Shown: positions 15,511-29,277, counted from the stretch's first letter. The stretch is 64,000 nt of DNA from Octopus vulgaris (GCA_951406725.2 OX597819.1:17732001-17796000), one strand, 5' to 3'. Notes: a model not told the origin generated them from the letters alone. Numbers and translations are program-made.

Positions 15511-15554
15511 CACCAAACCTCAGACTGAACTTAACACATTCGTACATACACGTA

Positions 15555-16085
15555 TGTGAGGTCTGATCAATAAGTATCCGGACTGTTGGTATAGTAACGA
15601 AGCTGAAGCACAGATTGACTTTGACCTTTTCTCATTTCTACTTCTTACAAAAGTGCTTCGAAGTGACGTTTGCAAGTTGTGATCGTCGCACTGACCATGT
15701 CAAAGTTTTTATGACGCTACCTCCTCAGACTCCACCGCAAAGTTGAAGAAAGTGTATGGAGAGGAGTGTATGAGCCGCACACAAGTGTACGAGTGGCTCA
15801 GAGGTTTCGAAGATGGCCGATATTGATGAACGTTTTGGGACACCCGCAACCAGCAGAACTGAGAAAAACCTCTGAGATGTGCGTGCAGCTGTGAGGGGAA
15901 ATCCTCGAATCACATCCGCGAGTCATCAGAGGATGTGTAGATAAGTTACGGTTCAGTTCAGTCCATTATCATTGACGAATTGGGTATTAGACTCATGTCT
16001 GCCAAGTTTTTGCCAAAACTGTTTCCAGGTGACCAGTTGCTCAAAATCTCCTTAATTGTGTCGAGAACGATGAAAACTTTCTGAA
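15555..16085 (+). mobile_element. mariner transposon 5' fragment (TIR plus HTH region)
   Basis: TIR-like GAGGTCTGATCAATAAGTATCCGGACTG. Translation LKKVYGEECMSRTQVYEW..FEDGR, ISYGSVQSII.DELG...SAKFLPKL (WVPREL-equivalent). Confidence 0.85.
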
Positions 16086-16249
16086 AACTTGGTTTTAAAT
16101 TTTGCACAAGGCCAGCAATTTCTACTCGTTGGGTAAGTGGATTACAACGACAGCAATAATCAATTGGTACCGAATTCATAAAAGACAAGATCGATCTCGG
16201 GGGAATTTGGATTCACAAATTCACAAATATCACAACAGACGACAGAAAT

Positions 16250-16650
16250 ATCCTTTTCTAGTCTAGGTACAAGGCCAGAAATTTTTGAGGAGAGGACCAG
16301 TCGATTAGATCGACCCCATTACACAACTGGTACTTAAGTTATCGACCCCGAAAGGATGAAAGGCAAAGTCGACCTCGGCGGAATTTGAACTCAGAATGTA
16401 AAGACAGACGAAATGCCCATTTCTTTACTACCCACAAGTGGCTAAACATAGAGGGGACAAACAAGGACAGACAAACGGATTAAGGCGATTATATCGACCC
16501 CAGTGCGTAATTGGTACTTATTTAATCGACCCCGAAAGGATGAAAGGCAAAGTCGACCTCGGCGGAATTTGAACTCAGAACATAACGGCAGACGTAATAA
16601 GGCTACGCATTTCGCCCGGCGTGCTAACGTTTCTGCCAGCTCGCCGCCTT
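16250..16650 (-). mobile_element. SINE family B dimer
   Basis: One head (about 16600-16650) plus two body units. Confidence 0.88.
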
Positions 16651-16789
16651 ACAACGGACGACAGGAATATTGAATAAAAAAACCCCAAAGAAACACAGTA
16701 TCTATTTCATTTCATTTCGTCAAAGAATGTGTTGAATCAATTAAAAGATTGGGTTTGAGTTGAAAACAGCTGCTGACGAAAAGACCTGG

Positions 16790-17189
16790 CTATTCTGTCA
16801 TTAAACCGCGGCCATGCTGGGCACCATTTTGAAAAATACTTAGTGAAATGGATCGACCGCAATGCTTTTTTTTTATAGCTTAATACTCATTCTACCGCTC
16901 TCATTTCTCGAACAGCTAAGTTATAGTGGCGTAAACACGCCAACACTGGTTAGCAAGCAGTAGCAGTGGGACAAACACAGACACAAATGTGCGTGCGCAG
17001 ATGCACACAGAGGGACATAGAGACAGAGACACACACAGTGGCATATAATAGCTTCTTTCAGATTCTGACGAGACCAAATCCGCGTCACAAGGCTTTTGTC
17101 AACCCGAAGCTATAGTAGAAGACACTTGCCTGAGGTACCAAGCAGAAGGACAAAACCCAGAACCATTTGGCTGGGGAGGAAGCTTCTCA

Positions 17190-17190
<1 letters not shown>
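16790..17190 (-). mobile_element. Diverged SINE family A
   Basis: GCGGCCATGCTGG, GGGACAAACACAGACACA and GCTATAGTAGAAGACACTTGCC blocks. Confidence 0.75.
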
Positions 17191-17286
<96 letters not shown>

Positions 17287-17421
17287 TTATATGTGTGTGC
17301 GTGCGTGTATGTATATATATATATAAATATATAGGGAAGGTTTACGATAAAAACAACAGACGAAAGCAGGTGGTGTACAAAACAAACAGATGTATTAGTA
17401 TAACGCTCAGGAATAGAAAAA

Positions 17422-17460
17422 GGATTTTATGTTTCGAACCTACGCTCTTCTACAGAAAGG
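17422..17460 (-). ncRNA. Degenerate hammerhead-like motif in a PLE-like segment at about 17331-17600
   Basis: Minus strand: CTTT CTGTAGA A GAGC-GTAG-GTTC GAA ACAT A AAA. Core A6 and helix III are mutated. Confidence 0.45.
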
Positions 17461-17651
17461 GAAACAGAAAAAAACAAGGAGAGAAACAAGGAGAGAAAAA
17501 TGTGTGTAGTGGCTAACGATCTATCATGGCGACTAGTGCCGGACAGAAGGATCAAACACAGGAAGGAAAGTAGGGGAGATAACAAGGTAAAGATGACCCC
17601 ACATATATGTGTATATATATATGTATATATATGTGTGCATATATATATATG

Positions 17652-17872
17652 TTGTAATCCCACGACTATCGCGGGTATTACGTTTCCAAAACCTCGCGAT
17701 AGGTGAAGATCCGCGAAGTAGAAATAGTATGATCGTAGAGTATATTTTTATTATTTTTTTTATTTGTATATACTTATTTTATTATAAATGCGAAACAACA
17801 CCACGGAGTAATCATCGTAAGCTTAAATAATAAACTGTGACAGGTGAACCGCGATATGGCGAGGGATTACTG
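17652..17872 (+). mobile_element. pogo/Tigger-like MITE
   Basis: TIRs GTAATCCCACGACTATCGCGG and CCGCGATATGGCGAGGGATTACTG followed by TA. A relative lies at 53522-54339. Confidence 0.8.
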
Positions 17873-17880
17873 TATATATA

Positions 17881-18971
17881 TCTTCGAAGTATACGTCTCG
17901 CTTTTATCCTTCGAAACGTTTAGTAGATGAAACTTTAGCGACTGAAGAAGGGGATTTTTCGTTGTGCTTATTGTCCTGTATCCCTTTTTTTTGCCTGTCT
18001 TGTTCCTTGGTTTGTGTCTATGTTTTTCGTCTCTCTATGTGTTCGACGTCTTTTTGGTGTCCTGTACACATATATGCGTGTATATGTACATGTAGAGGTA
18101 GGTACGTACATATATGTTTATATATATGCATATATTTTATTAACATATTATACGACTAAACGCACGCACCCTATTAAGTAAGATTGTTCTGTTTATCAAG
18201 TTCGCCTTGATATTAACTCTCACGCGACTCTGCATCTTTCTTTCTTTCTCTCCCATTCCCTTTTTCGTCTTTTTTTCCCTCACTTAACTTCTCTCTTCCT
18301 CTCTCTCTCCCCCTCACTGTTCTTCATGGTCTCCTCGCACCATTCCCCTTCTTCTCTCTCTTCCTTTTGCTCCTCCTCCCCCATTCCTGTCGTCCATCTG
18401 CGACGATACTTCCGTCGTAACTGCTATCCTGTCCTTTCTCGCCCGCCTTCTAAGGCTACTGGTCGACATCTTCCTCTCTCGTCGTCCACTATAATCCAGC
18501 GTTTGCAATACTTTTTTCGTCTGGCGTTAACAGCCCTTCTTATCTTGTTCTCCTTGTCCTGTCTCTCACTGTTATATATTTATTTTTCCACTGTTTATAT
18601 ATATATTTTTTACTGTTTATATGTTTGTACTGTCGTTACCGTCTTGCTTTTTTTTACCCCTCTGCGAAAAGATCTCAGAATTTTAATTGATTTGCTTTTC
18701 GCAGGAAGGAATTTTTCTTCGAAGTATACGTCTCGCTTTTATCCTTCGAAACGTTTAGTAAATGAAACTTTAGCGACTGAAGAAGGGGATTTTTCGTTGT
18801 GCTTATTGTCCTGTATCCCTTTTTTTTGCCTGTCTTGTTCCTTGGTTTGTGTCTATGTTTTTCGTCTCTCTATGTGTTCGACGTCTTTTTGGTGTCCTGT
18901 ACACATATATGCGTGTATATGTACATGTAGAGGTAGGTACGTACATATATGTTTATATATATGCATATATT

Positions 18972-18975
<4 letters not shown>
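17881..18975 (+). mobile_element. Non-coding element with 260-bp terminal direct repeats (period 835 bp), pLTR/retrozyme-like
   Basis: 17881-18140 is nearly identical to 18716-18975. TA repeats lie on both flanks. Each repeat carries TCCTTCGAAACGTT...CTGAAGAAGGGGA. Confidence 0.75.
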
Positions 18976-19039
<64 letters not shown>

Positions 19040-19044
<5 letters not shown>

Positions 19045-19317
19045 GAAAGAATGAAGTTGAACGACGATTTAACAAAATTTCTTTATTCTCGACATATGTT
19101 TCGAAGACTGCATATTCCTAATTCCGAAGGAATAAACGGTGCATTATGCCGCCTTCTCATCGGGATGATGCTGACATAAGTTCCTTGTCTTTCCTGATGA
19201 GAAGGCGGCATAATGCACCGTTTATTCCTTCGGAATTAGGAATATGCAGTCTTCGAAACATATGTCGAGAATAAAGGAATTTTGTTAAATCGTCGTTCAA
19301 CTCCATTCTTTCATTTA
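19040..19317. mobile_element. Fold-back mini-element with 126-bp arms carrying hammerhead motifs on both strands
   Basis: Arms 19040-19165 and 19192-19317, with three mismatches seen. Abuts (TA)n. Confidence 0.88.
19180..19280 (+). ncRNA. Type I hammerhead ribozyme with extended helix II
   Basis: TTTC CTGATGA (19194-19200) GAAGGC...GTCTTC GAA ACATATGT C GAGA. Predicted cleavage after C19266 (GUC). Confidence 0.8.
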
Positions 19318-19469
19318 TTTATAGTAAAAAAAAAAAACACACAAATTTCCACACGAAAGCACGTGATCTCTGCCCTTGGCATGTAGCTTCAACCGTGTTT
19401 TCTGACGTGAATTTGCTACCCGGGTATCGGTTAACCGAATTATCCATACTAGTATAATTCATTCAACTA

Positions 19470-19524
<55 letters not shown>

Positions 19525-19942
19525 GCACAGGCTCCATCCCAACAGAAGAAAGTACGATGTCTTAAAATAAAAGATTTGAGGTCGATGCATTACTCTAAAA
19601 TCATTCAGGATGGTGAGTGAGCATGGCCGCAGTCTAAATGGTCGAATGAAGTAATAGATAAAAGATATGTATATACATATATTTGTAAGTACATACACAC
19701 ACACACACACGTGTGTGTTTGTGTATGTGTATGGTTGTGTGTTTTAAAAAGTAAAAGCAGTAACAACCAAATATGAGTAATTTCTAGGCAGACAGTGTGT
19801 ATAATATTGTGAGCGTTGAATTCCTTCCAAATTTCTAATTCATCCGGATTAAATATATTTAATAAAAATTATCTAAAAATGTGAACAGCTGGATGTAGTA
19901 AAGTTCTTGAACGAACATACAATGAACTCATACAAACATATA

Positions 19943-19983
<41 letters not shown>

Positions 19984-20503
19984 ATGTTCTTGCACTCCCT
20001 CTTACATGAGTGCGGACGCACACAGCACATAGGCATTTCAAAGGGAACAGAGGATATATGTATCCATTTATATCTATGTATGTAAATAGATATATTTACA
20101 TACATAAATATGTGTGTGTACACACATATATAGCTTCGCATATGTGCGGTGGTTTGTGTTTAAACATAGCCAGTCTTCGATGGCTGACAGAAAACTTGCC
20201 AAACATTGGGTGCATGGAACATAGGATAAAAGAAAACGACTTAGATAATTTTGGATGGGTTACAAGAGAGAAAAAAAAACTTTACTTGTCTTTCTTTCAA
20301 TCATCCATTCCTTCTTTCATTCACTCTTTCCTTACCTCTTTCCTTCCTTCTTTTTTCTTCCTATTGTATTATTGTAAAAGGAACACAAAATCACAGTTTT
20401 TTTATGGCTAAACTCGCATATGTGCGTATATACATACTTATATATACACATGTACACACACATATATATATATATTTTGATATACATGTATTTGTATATT
20501 GTG

Positions 20504-20555
<52 letters not shown>

Positions 20556-20655
20556 CATATATATATATATACATATATATACATGTATATATATATATAT
20601 TTGTGTGTGTGTATGTGTGTGTATGTGTATGTGCGTGTTTATGTGTGTGCGTACA

Positions 20656-20704
<49 letters not shown>

Positions 20705-21050
20705 AATATACGGAAATACAAATACTGAATAACTTGGCGTCTATCGCTACAAATACATCATACATATAGGGAATGAATCATTTATCGATCATCATCATTA
20801 TCATGATGATCATCATTATTATTATAGGTGTTATAAATATTTTCTTTTCAACCTTTGGCAATATATAAAAACAATGTACCCTATTATAGAAAAAAAGTGT
20901 ATGGTTCAATGAAAAACACAGACATAGGTATGACGTTAACAAGATCATATCGAAACTACTTGGATCGAGTTTCAATACCAGTGCTCTTCACATGGCCCAG
21001 GAATTTCTTTTTTTCTGACATATTTTCTGTTAATATACTTTGGAATTTAA

Positions 21051-21620
21051 AGCGGTGAGCTGGCAGAAACGTTAGCACGCCGGGTGAAATGCGTAGCCGT
21101 ATTTCGTCTGCCGTTACGTTCTGAGTTCAAATTCCGCCGAGGCCGACTTTGCCTTTCATCCTTTCGGGGTCGATAAATTAAGTACCAGTTACGCACTAGA
21201 GTCGATGTAATCGATTTAATCCGTTTGTCTGTCCTTGTTTGTCCTCTCTGTGTTTAGCCCCTTGTGGGTAGTAAAGAAATAGGTATTTCGTCTGCCGCTA
21301 CGTTCTGAGTTCAAATTCCGCCGAGGTCGACTTTGCCTTTCATCCTTTCGGGGTCAATTAAATAAGTACCTGTTACGCAAATCGACTTAATCCGTTTCTC
21401 TGTTTTTGTTTGTCCTCTCTGTGTTTAGCCCCTTGTGGGTAGTAAAGAAATAGGTATTTCTTCTTTCTTCACTTTCTGAGTTCAAATTCCGCCAAGGTCG
21501 ACTTTGTCTTTCATCCTTTCGGTATCGATAAATTAAGTACCAGTTGCGTACTGGGATCGATCTAATCGAATGTCCACTCCCCCCAAATTTCGGGCCTTGT
21601 GCCCTGAGTAGAAAAGAATA
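21051..21620 (+). mobile_element. SINE family B trimer
   Basis: Head GCGGTGAGCTGGCAGAAACG and B box GAGTTCAAATTCC. Body units start at 21100, 21284 and 21455. Confidence 0.9.
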
Positions 21621-23102
21621 TATATAGGAATTTGTAGGAGAACATTTTGTAGAATCTCTCATCGAAAGACCGACACCCTTAAAATGAATTTTCCGGTGAC
21701 ATTTGTTTTGTACCTAGAAGCCGACAGCCCAGTCATTATTTTCCTCATGAAGACGGTGAACTGACAAAATAGTAAGTCGTCCGGATTTGCGTTCTGAGTC
21801 CGGATTCCACGAAGATCGATTTCTGTCTTTCATTATTTCGGTGTCGATAAAATAAGTCCTGGTATCAAACAAATCCTGAAAAGAACCTTAAGAATTTTCT
21901 GCGGGCTCATATCTTTTTGTCTCTCACTTTCTCGGTAACAAATGGCCGAGCGAATACAGTTAGGTCAATCTCTACACCCCAGTTACGTTAGAAATGAGGA
22001 TTTCATAGTTTATGCGTTTATAAATGCTTTGGCTACATCTGTTGTTAAACGTTCGCCAGCAGACTTTTGTTGTAATACGCGTAGCCATCTTTATCTCACG
22101 GTTTATTCAGGAATAACATCAACTGTGGCAGTGAAACCCCCTTAAAAGTTTATCTCCATCAGGGTTATATTGGAAATCTGTCACAGACGAACCCATTGAT
22201 CACAAATAGCCACAGAATATAAATGAATAAACAAACAAATTAGGTAAATGTTCTTGAAGGAAAAAAATGTGTCTGTCTTTCGTTAATTTTTAAAAAGATG
22301 TGTTCCTCGAAGTTAATTACTGTTATCGTTTGGTTGTTGATAATCCGCATGGAAAGGACGCTAAGTATCTGAAAGAAGATCCCCCAGTAATTTCCAAACG
22401 CGCGAAAGAAAGGGAGCAGAATGCAATGGTCCGCTACGGGACTTTACAATAAATATATAACATTTTCCTAAATTATAAACTGATGAGTTCTTTATGGAAT
22501 TTCTAGATTCTCTCTTCAAACGAATAAGCACGGGCATTCTCTTTTCCTCTGCACATATATGCGCGCCTATGTACGACAGTATGTGCGTGTGCGTGCGTGT
22601 ATACATATGTATACATTTGTCCATATATGTATATAAATATTTGTACACACACACACACATAAACTTTATAGTATAGTATGTTTATGCATTGAAAAAAGCA
22701 TAAACTCCACTGTCATAAACACAAACGCATAGACATATACTGAATTCTATGTGTGTATATATATGTATATATACGTATATCTGTGAGCGTAGATGTGAAT
22801 ATGTTTCTTTGGTGTTTTCTCTGCAGGCATTTTGTTTAATGTCAGGCTCTGTTGCTGTCCCTCCGTCTCCAGTCTTGCGTGAACACTATCTGACATCTGA
22901 TCCGAATGCCAATTCTTAACAATACGTACATGCTGAACGATCAAATGTATCTTTAAAGAACTTCCAGATCGGATGTTTTAGAACTTGCTTCTTAAACATC
23001 GACACTCAATGGAGATGTTTTTCCCAAAAGATTCTTATATTGAGTGATGTGCTTAGATTTATTTACGACATGGGTCAATAATATTCAAAAATACCATTGT
23101 TG

Positions 23103-23163
<61 letters not shown>

Positions 23164-23181
23164 CATTATTATTATTATTAT

Positions 23182-23400
23182 CAAGGCGGCGAGCTGGAAG
23201 AATTGTTGGCACGCCACGCGAAATGCTCAGAAGTATTTCGTTTGTCTTTACATTCTTCTGAGTTCAAATTCCACTGAAGTCGACTTTGCTTTCCATCATT
23301 TCGGGTGTTCGATAAAATAAGTACCAGTTGAACACTGAAGGGGGGGGGGCATGTAATTGTCTCATCCTCATATCTTTCAAGCTGCCCTTGTGGCAAAAAT
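23182..23400 (+). mobile_element. SINE family B monomer
   Basis: AAGGCGGCGAGCTGG head, central domain and CCTTGTG tail. Confidence 0.8.
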
Positions 23401-23404
23401 TTAA

Positions 23405-23674
<270 letters not shown>

Positions 23675-23844
23675 GAGAACTCCGGGGACATTTAACATGT
23701 GAGAGGGATAAAACACGAATGAGAAAATATCGGGAATAATGACAACAATTAGAGCCTAAAATAAATGAACGTGTTATTTCTGCTTTCCGAATGATACGAT
23801 GTATTTTAACTGTGTTTTACCTCCGTCACTCGTAGAACACCCAA

Positions 23845-26520
23845 GTAATACTGTGCTTCTTTTCATTCCCCACATCTTGGTCACTTCTATTTCTAGGTAT
23901 TTGTACTTAAGTAACCTCTCAACTTCTTTAATGGACACATTTCTCTCTGATGGTACTGTCATATCTTTCATTAAGTATTTCTTATTCTTCCTTTCTTTGA
24001 TGATTATGCCCGGTCCGTTTTCCTTGATTTCTTTATCGATGTTATGCCCGGTCCGTTTTCCTTGATTTCTTTATCGATGTTAATTGGCATGTCCCAGAGT
24101 ACTGTTACATCATCTTTTCCTGTCAGAGTTTCATATGTGTGCTGGTACCATCTTTCTGACATTGGAAGCTGATAGTGTTTACATATCTTCCAATTGTGCT
24201 AGTCTATCGTGTCCATGAATATATTCAGTTTTTGCAAGCGCTGTGCACCCAGTTAAGATGTGGTCCACTGGTTCATCCTGCTCATGACACATTCTGCATT
24301 TCGGGTCAGTGCCATCGTTCATTATTTTGTTGTGCTAAGCCTTGGTTGCGAATCTTTGATCTTGTGTTGCTATGATAAAACCTTCGATTTCAGCCTTCAG
24401 TCCTGAGCTCTTCATCCATATATGAGTGTCTCGATCGTCTACGTCTGGTTTGTTCACTCTACATGGGTATCGGCCATGCATCGGTTTTTCTAGCCATTCT
24501 ATTTTGCTCTTCTTCTTGGCTTCTTTTTTCATCTCTTCCTTAACTCTTTTAGAAAACTGGGTTACTGTCTCACTCGCCTTTATCCTAGGTTCCTCCATCA
24601 TCTGTTGTTTCTTAAACTTTATAGAATCTTTGTATACCGAATATAACTTCTTTACTTTATCATGCTGGTGCACAAGCTTCGTTAGAAGATCTTTTGACAG
24701 CTCAAGATATGTATTTAATACTACAGTGGTGGTTTGGTAAGATAATTCTAATTGTGTTAGTCCTCTTCCTCCCATGCTTCTCGGTAAATAAATCCTGTTC
24801 ACGTCCGCTTTTGGATGGTTCATTCGATCCATGTTTAGTAGTTTTCTGGTCTTGGAGTCTTGCTTCTTTATTTTTCTCATTTGCCAGTTAATTATGGTGA
24901 AACAATAAGCTACGATTGGTACTGCAAGAGTGTTAATGGCTTCTATTTTGTTTGCAGCGTTGAGTTCAGTCTTTGTTACTAAACGTACTCTGCTGTAGAA
25001 CTCTTTTCTAATCTTCTCTTTCATTGCTGAATGTTTTTTGCCGTTACTTTCGTCTATGCCAATCAATATATATGCTTCTTCCTGGTCCACTGCTCGGATT
25101 TTTGCTTCTGTATCTACGTGGATATCCACAGAACATACCAGTTTACCTCTTATGTAAATGGCTTTCGCGCATTTCTGCAGTCGAAACTGCATCCTGATAT
25201 CATCATTGAACTTTTTAACCATAGCAAGTAGACCTTCTTCTTATTCGTCCTTTTTTGAGTATATTTTCAGATCCTCCATGTAGAACAGATGACTCCCTTT
25301 TTTCTTCTTGATCTCATATTCATACCCGGTTTTGTTTAGCATGGTACTTAATGGTGCCAGTGCCAAGCAGAATGTTAAGGGTGACAGCGAGTCCCCTTGG
25401 AAGATACCACATTTGATTTTGATTGGTCCGCTTGTAATTGATCCACTGGAATGGTTCAGCGTCAACGTAGTTTCCCATGTATTCATGCTGTGTTTCATAA
25501 ACTTGAGAGTTGGGGATACTTTGTATACTTCCATCACTTTCAGAATCCAAGCGTCGGGTACACTCTCGAACGCCTTTTTATAGTCGATCCATGATGTGCT
25601 CAGGTTCGTTTTCCTGGTTTTGCAGTCTTCAAGGATCATTTTGTTTATCAGCAATTCTTCCTTGCATCCGTGGCTCCCTCTTCAACAATCTTTTTGTTCT
25701 GGTGGTAGTAGGTTGTTTTTTTTCTACGAATGTGTATGTTGTTTCAGTGATTACAGATGTTAATATTGTATACACTGTTGGAAGACAGGTGATTGGTCAA
25801 TAGTTCTTTGGGTTTTCTGTATCAATTGTTTATAGTATTAGGTATGTCACTCCCTGTGTCAACCAGTCTGGGCTATTTTCCGGGTTTTTCATGATTTCGT
25901 TGTATGTTGATGACATATCTCCATGTATATCAACTCGCTGTTTGATCCAGAAGTTTGGTACTCCATCTATTCCCGGTGACTTCCAATTGCTGGCCTTTTT
26001 CAGGGCCAGGGTGACCTTCGCCGCCTCTTGAATATCTTCCCATTCCTGCACTTCTTTATTTTCCAGGAGTGTTTCTTGTCCCTTAATCCATTCTACATCT
26101 TCATTATGTTGTTTTTCATTTTCCTATAACGTACTCCAGGAATTTTCCATATTCTCTTTCTTTGGTGGTTTCTCAATATATATTTTTTGTTTACCGAGTT
26201 CCCCGCAAAATTTCTTTCCATCTTCTTCAAAGAATTTGTTTTGCCTAAATTGTTTGTGTCACTTTATATATCGTGACAGTCGTTGTGCTTTTGCTTGGAT
26301 TTTTTGCTTTAGGTTTTCTTTTGCTTCAGGTATTTCATTTTTTTTTGTTTGATCCCACGCTTTTTGCATATTTTCTTGGCTTTTCTTAGGTTGACCTGGT
26401 TTCCGTTACTTATTTCGGTCAGTTTTGATAGGTTGCCACTCAAACATTGTATATCCTTTTCTAAGATTGCTTTCCATTTTAGTTGTCTTTTCTTCTGTTG
26501 AGCAGTTATCTTTTTTTAGT
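23845..26520 (-). mobile_element. R4/Dong-clade non-LTR retrotransposon, disrupted ORF (RT, CCHC zinc knuckle, restriction-like endonuclease)
   Basis: NWKSPGIDGV.NFWIK, WIDYKKAFESVP, GIFQGDSLSPL, SHLFYMEDLKIY, YLPRSMGGRGL, EGFIIATQDQ, C..C.......H...GC and DMTVP...KE...KYK.L, with several stops and frameshifts. A 38-bp duplication lies at about 24006-24081. Confidence 0.92.
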
Positions 26521-26706
<186 letters not shown>

Positions 26707-27179
26707 CCTTTATATTCTCCACAACCCCAAGTAAATAAAAGAAATCATAAGTACATTTTAATATATTGAGTTATGTATGGCAGACGAGTGGTCACAAGTC
26801 AATGAGAGCCCCAAAAATAGAAAAAAAATTTTTTCTCATTGAATATTATTTTATCGTTTACTTTTTCTCAAGCAGTTACTGGAATTCTGAACCAGCTCAT
26901 GAGTTATGTGTCTTTTATGTATTTCGTAGTGTATTTATGTATATTATACACATTTCCCCACTTCATAGGCGTGAAATATTTTACATTTTGAAGTAAGCTC
27001 TGCTTTGATCCTTGATTTTAAGTCATTGAAGTCCCTTGTTTAGCTGGCTTGGCTATTAAGTATGTGAAAAATAGGTATATACATACGTATGTATGTATAT
27101 ATATACATATCTTTATATATATATACATACATGCTTACACACACACGCATACACACACAAACACACATACACACGCCCT

Positions 27180-27226
<47 letters not shown>

Positions 27227-27263
27227 CGTGTGTGTGTGAGTGTGTGCGTATGTGTGGTGTGTA

Positions 27264-27299
<36 letters not shown>

Positions 27300-27469
27300 T
27301 GTGTGATTATAGGTTAGTCCAAATATGTTTGTGACGCTTTTTAACTTCTGAAGGCAAGTTCACTGAAGTTTGCCACGGAGAAAAAAATTCTTACTTAAAG
27401 AAAGAGTGTAAAGACACCATTACCAGCTCAGTGCTGCCCTCTGTGGACCACTTGATGCATAGCAGCTGA

Positions 27470-28200
27470 CTTATTAATGGCGTTCCCAGCAGAGGTTACC
27501 AAAACGTCTCTTACATAATTATTACGTCAATCCCAAGATAAAGAATTTCGATATGAACTTCTCCATTACATTAATAACCTTCACCTTCCCAATACAAACT
27601 GGAGAAATGGTCTTACATCAACAGCTAGCGAAAAAACTTTATGACCAATAAAAACACCGGCTTAAATTCCTTTGTAAAATGCTGGAAATTCAATTTCAAA
27701 AAATTTGACACACCCAATTACAAAGTTTCAATGCTGCACTTTTGATCTTTGACCTTACATTGGATAAATCCAAGAAAACAAATACTGACTAAAACTAGTG
27801 ACACATCTGCTGACCAAAACTCTCCATCTACCTACTTCCATCTGTTTTGTGAACTCTGCTCATTTACAAAGTACTACCGACATGAGTAAATTCTGGACAA
27901 TGCCATAAATCAAGATGTAATCAACAAAAAATTTCTTCGTAAAACCTGTCCATCAAAACCTATCCTGCAACGTCATTTCAATTCAAAAGTATTACAAACA
28001 TCGAAAGAAAAAATTCATCTCAATAGAGTCTATAAAAAGCCGATATATGAACACAAATGCATCACAGTCCGATGATGGCCTCACTGGGCGAAACTTCGAA
28101 GTCACCGACAAAATTATTCTTGCTAAATAACAATAAAATCTTGCTAAATAATAATAAACTAGCACTCTACAAAAGCATGAAATAATTCTTCAGTTCAATG
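27470..28200 (+). mobile_element. Highly decayed Penelope-like element
   Basis: ELLHYINNLH resembles the PLE RT segment after YVDD. Ends in a hammerhead motif. Confidence 0.45.
28065..28107 (+). ncRNA. Minimal hammerhead motif (U4C variant)
   Basis: CAGT CCGATGA T GGCC-TCACT-GGGC GAA ACTTCGAAGT C ACCG. Palindromic helix III and GUC site at 28103. Confidence 0.7.
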
Positions 28201-28334
28201 CATCACAACATACATATATATACATACATGTGTACATACAAAAATAACATGTTGTTAATGTTGAAATTCCAATGAATGAGACTTGCATCCAGGTTAGAAA
28301 CCGGCTCTTACTCTATTGGCAAGAAATCTTGAAG

Positions 28335-28387
<53 letters not shown>

Positions 28388-28426
28388 CTATCTATATATA
28401 TATATATACATACATACATACATACA

Positions 28427-28510
<84 letters not shown>

Positions 28511-28662
28511 GAACCGGATATCAAGCGGTCGTGGCGGGGGACACATAGACACAAAGTCATACATACACACACATTTACAAGCACATATGAATATATATTT
28601 GTACACACACATTCATATACAAACACAAACATACGCACACATATATAGAATTTTATATATTC

Positions 28663-28717
<55 letters not shown>

Positions 28718-28730
28718 AACAATTATAATA

Positions 28731-29222
28731 TCATGTACACTGTTTCGTCTTGGTATAAAAGATGGGCTACAGCAAATATTCTGCTCAATACCCCAGATTT
28801 GCTTGTCAGTTGTTTGACCGTAACCAGTTGAGCATGTCCCTTAGTGGCTGACGATATGTGCATCTCTGGTCACGAGTAGAAGTAGTGGTGGAGCATCATA
28901 GCCATGTGTTGAGAGGGATTCTTTGGGGGTTTGAATGATTCACCTTTAGAAACATGGGTGCTTCATTCAACATCCTTAAACAACCCTTAATCAGGGACCT
29001 TTTGAGTGGGATGGGTTACTCTACCAGAAGAAAATTCTAACTGGGCCCCACCCGCAAGGTCATACGCTGTTTATCTTGTTATGAGATCACCATGTCGCGC
29101 ACATATGGTTGTGATGCATGTGCTTGGTGTACCCTTATCAGACGGGTAGTCATGATGGGTATACTGGGCTGCTTATATTTTACCCCTGTGTCACTTTGAT
29201 GGCATGCACTGCTCTCTCACTC

Positions 29223-29223
<1 letters not shown>
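28731..29223 (+). mobile_element. 5'-truncated copy of the 557-bp (AAT)n-targeting element
   Basis: Homologous to about 11688-12180, with AAT arrays on both sides. Confidence 0.88.

Positions 29224-29277
<54 letters not shown>

Noticed and set aside
14642-15566. 300-aa poly-E/K/F/S ORFs, and the many YIYI, HTHT and poly-N/I ORFs elsewhere
   Set aside because: They are translations of microsatellites that lack stop codons, with no coding signal.
21100-21620. Tandem SINE B units as a CRISPR-like array
   Set aside because: The units are about 180 bp with no unique spacers, in a eukaryotic context with no cas genes.
22827-22920. Possible exon after the strong acceptor TTTTCTCTGCAG
   Set aside because: All three frames stop within about 95 nt, the peptide is unrecognised and no partner exons were found.
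28269-28310. CCAATGA...GAAACCGGC as a hammerhead relic
   Set aside because: G5 and U16.1 are missing, so it is too degenerate to call.
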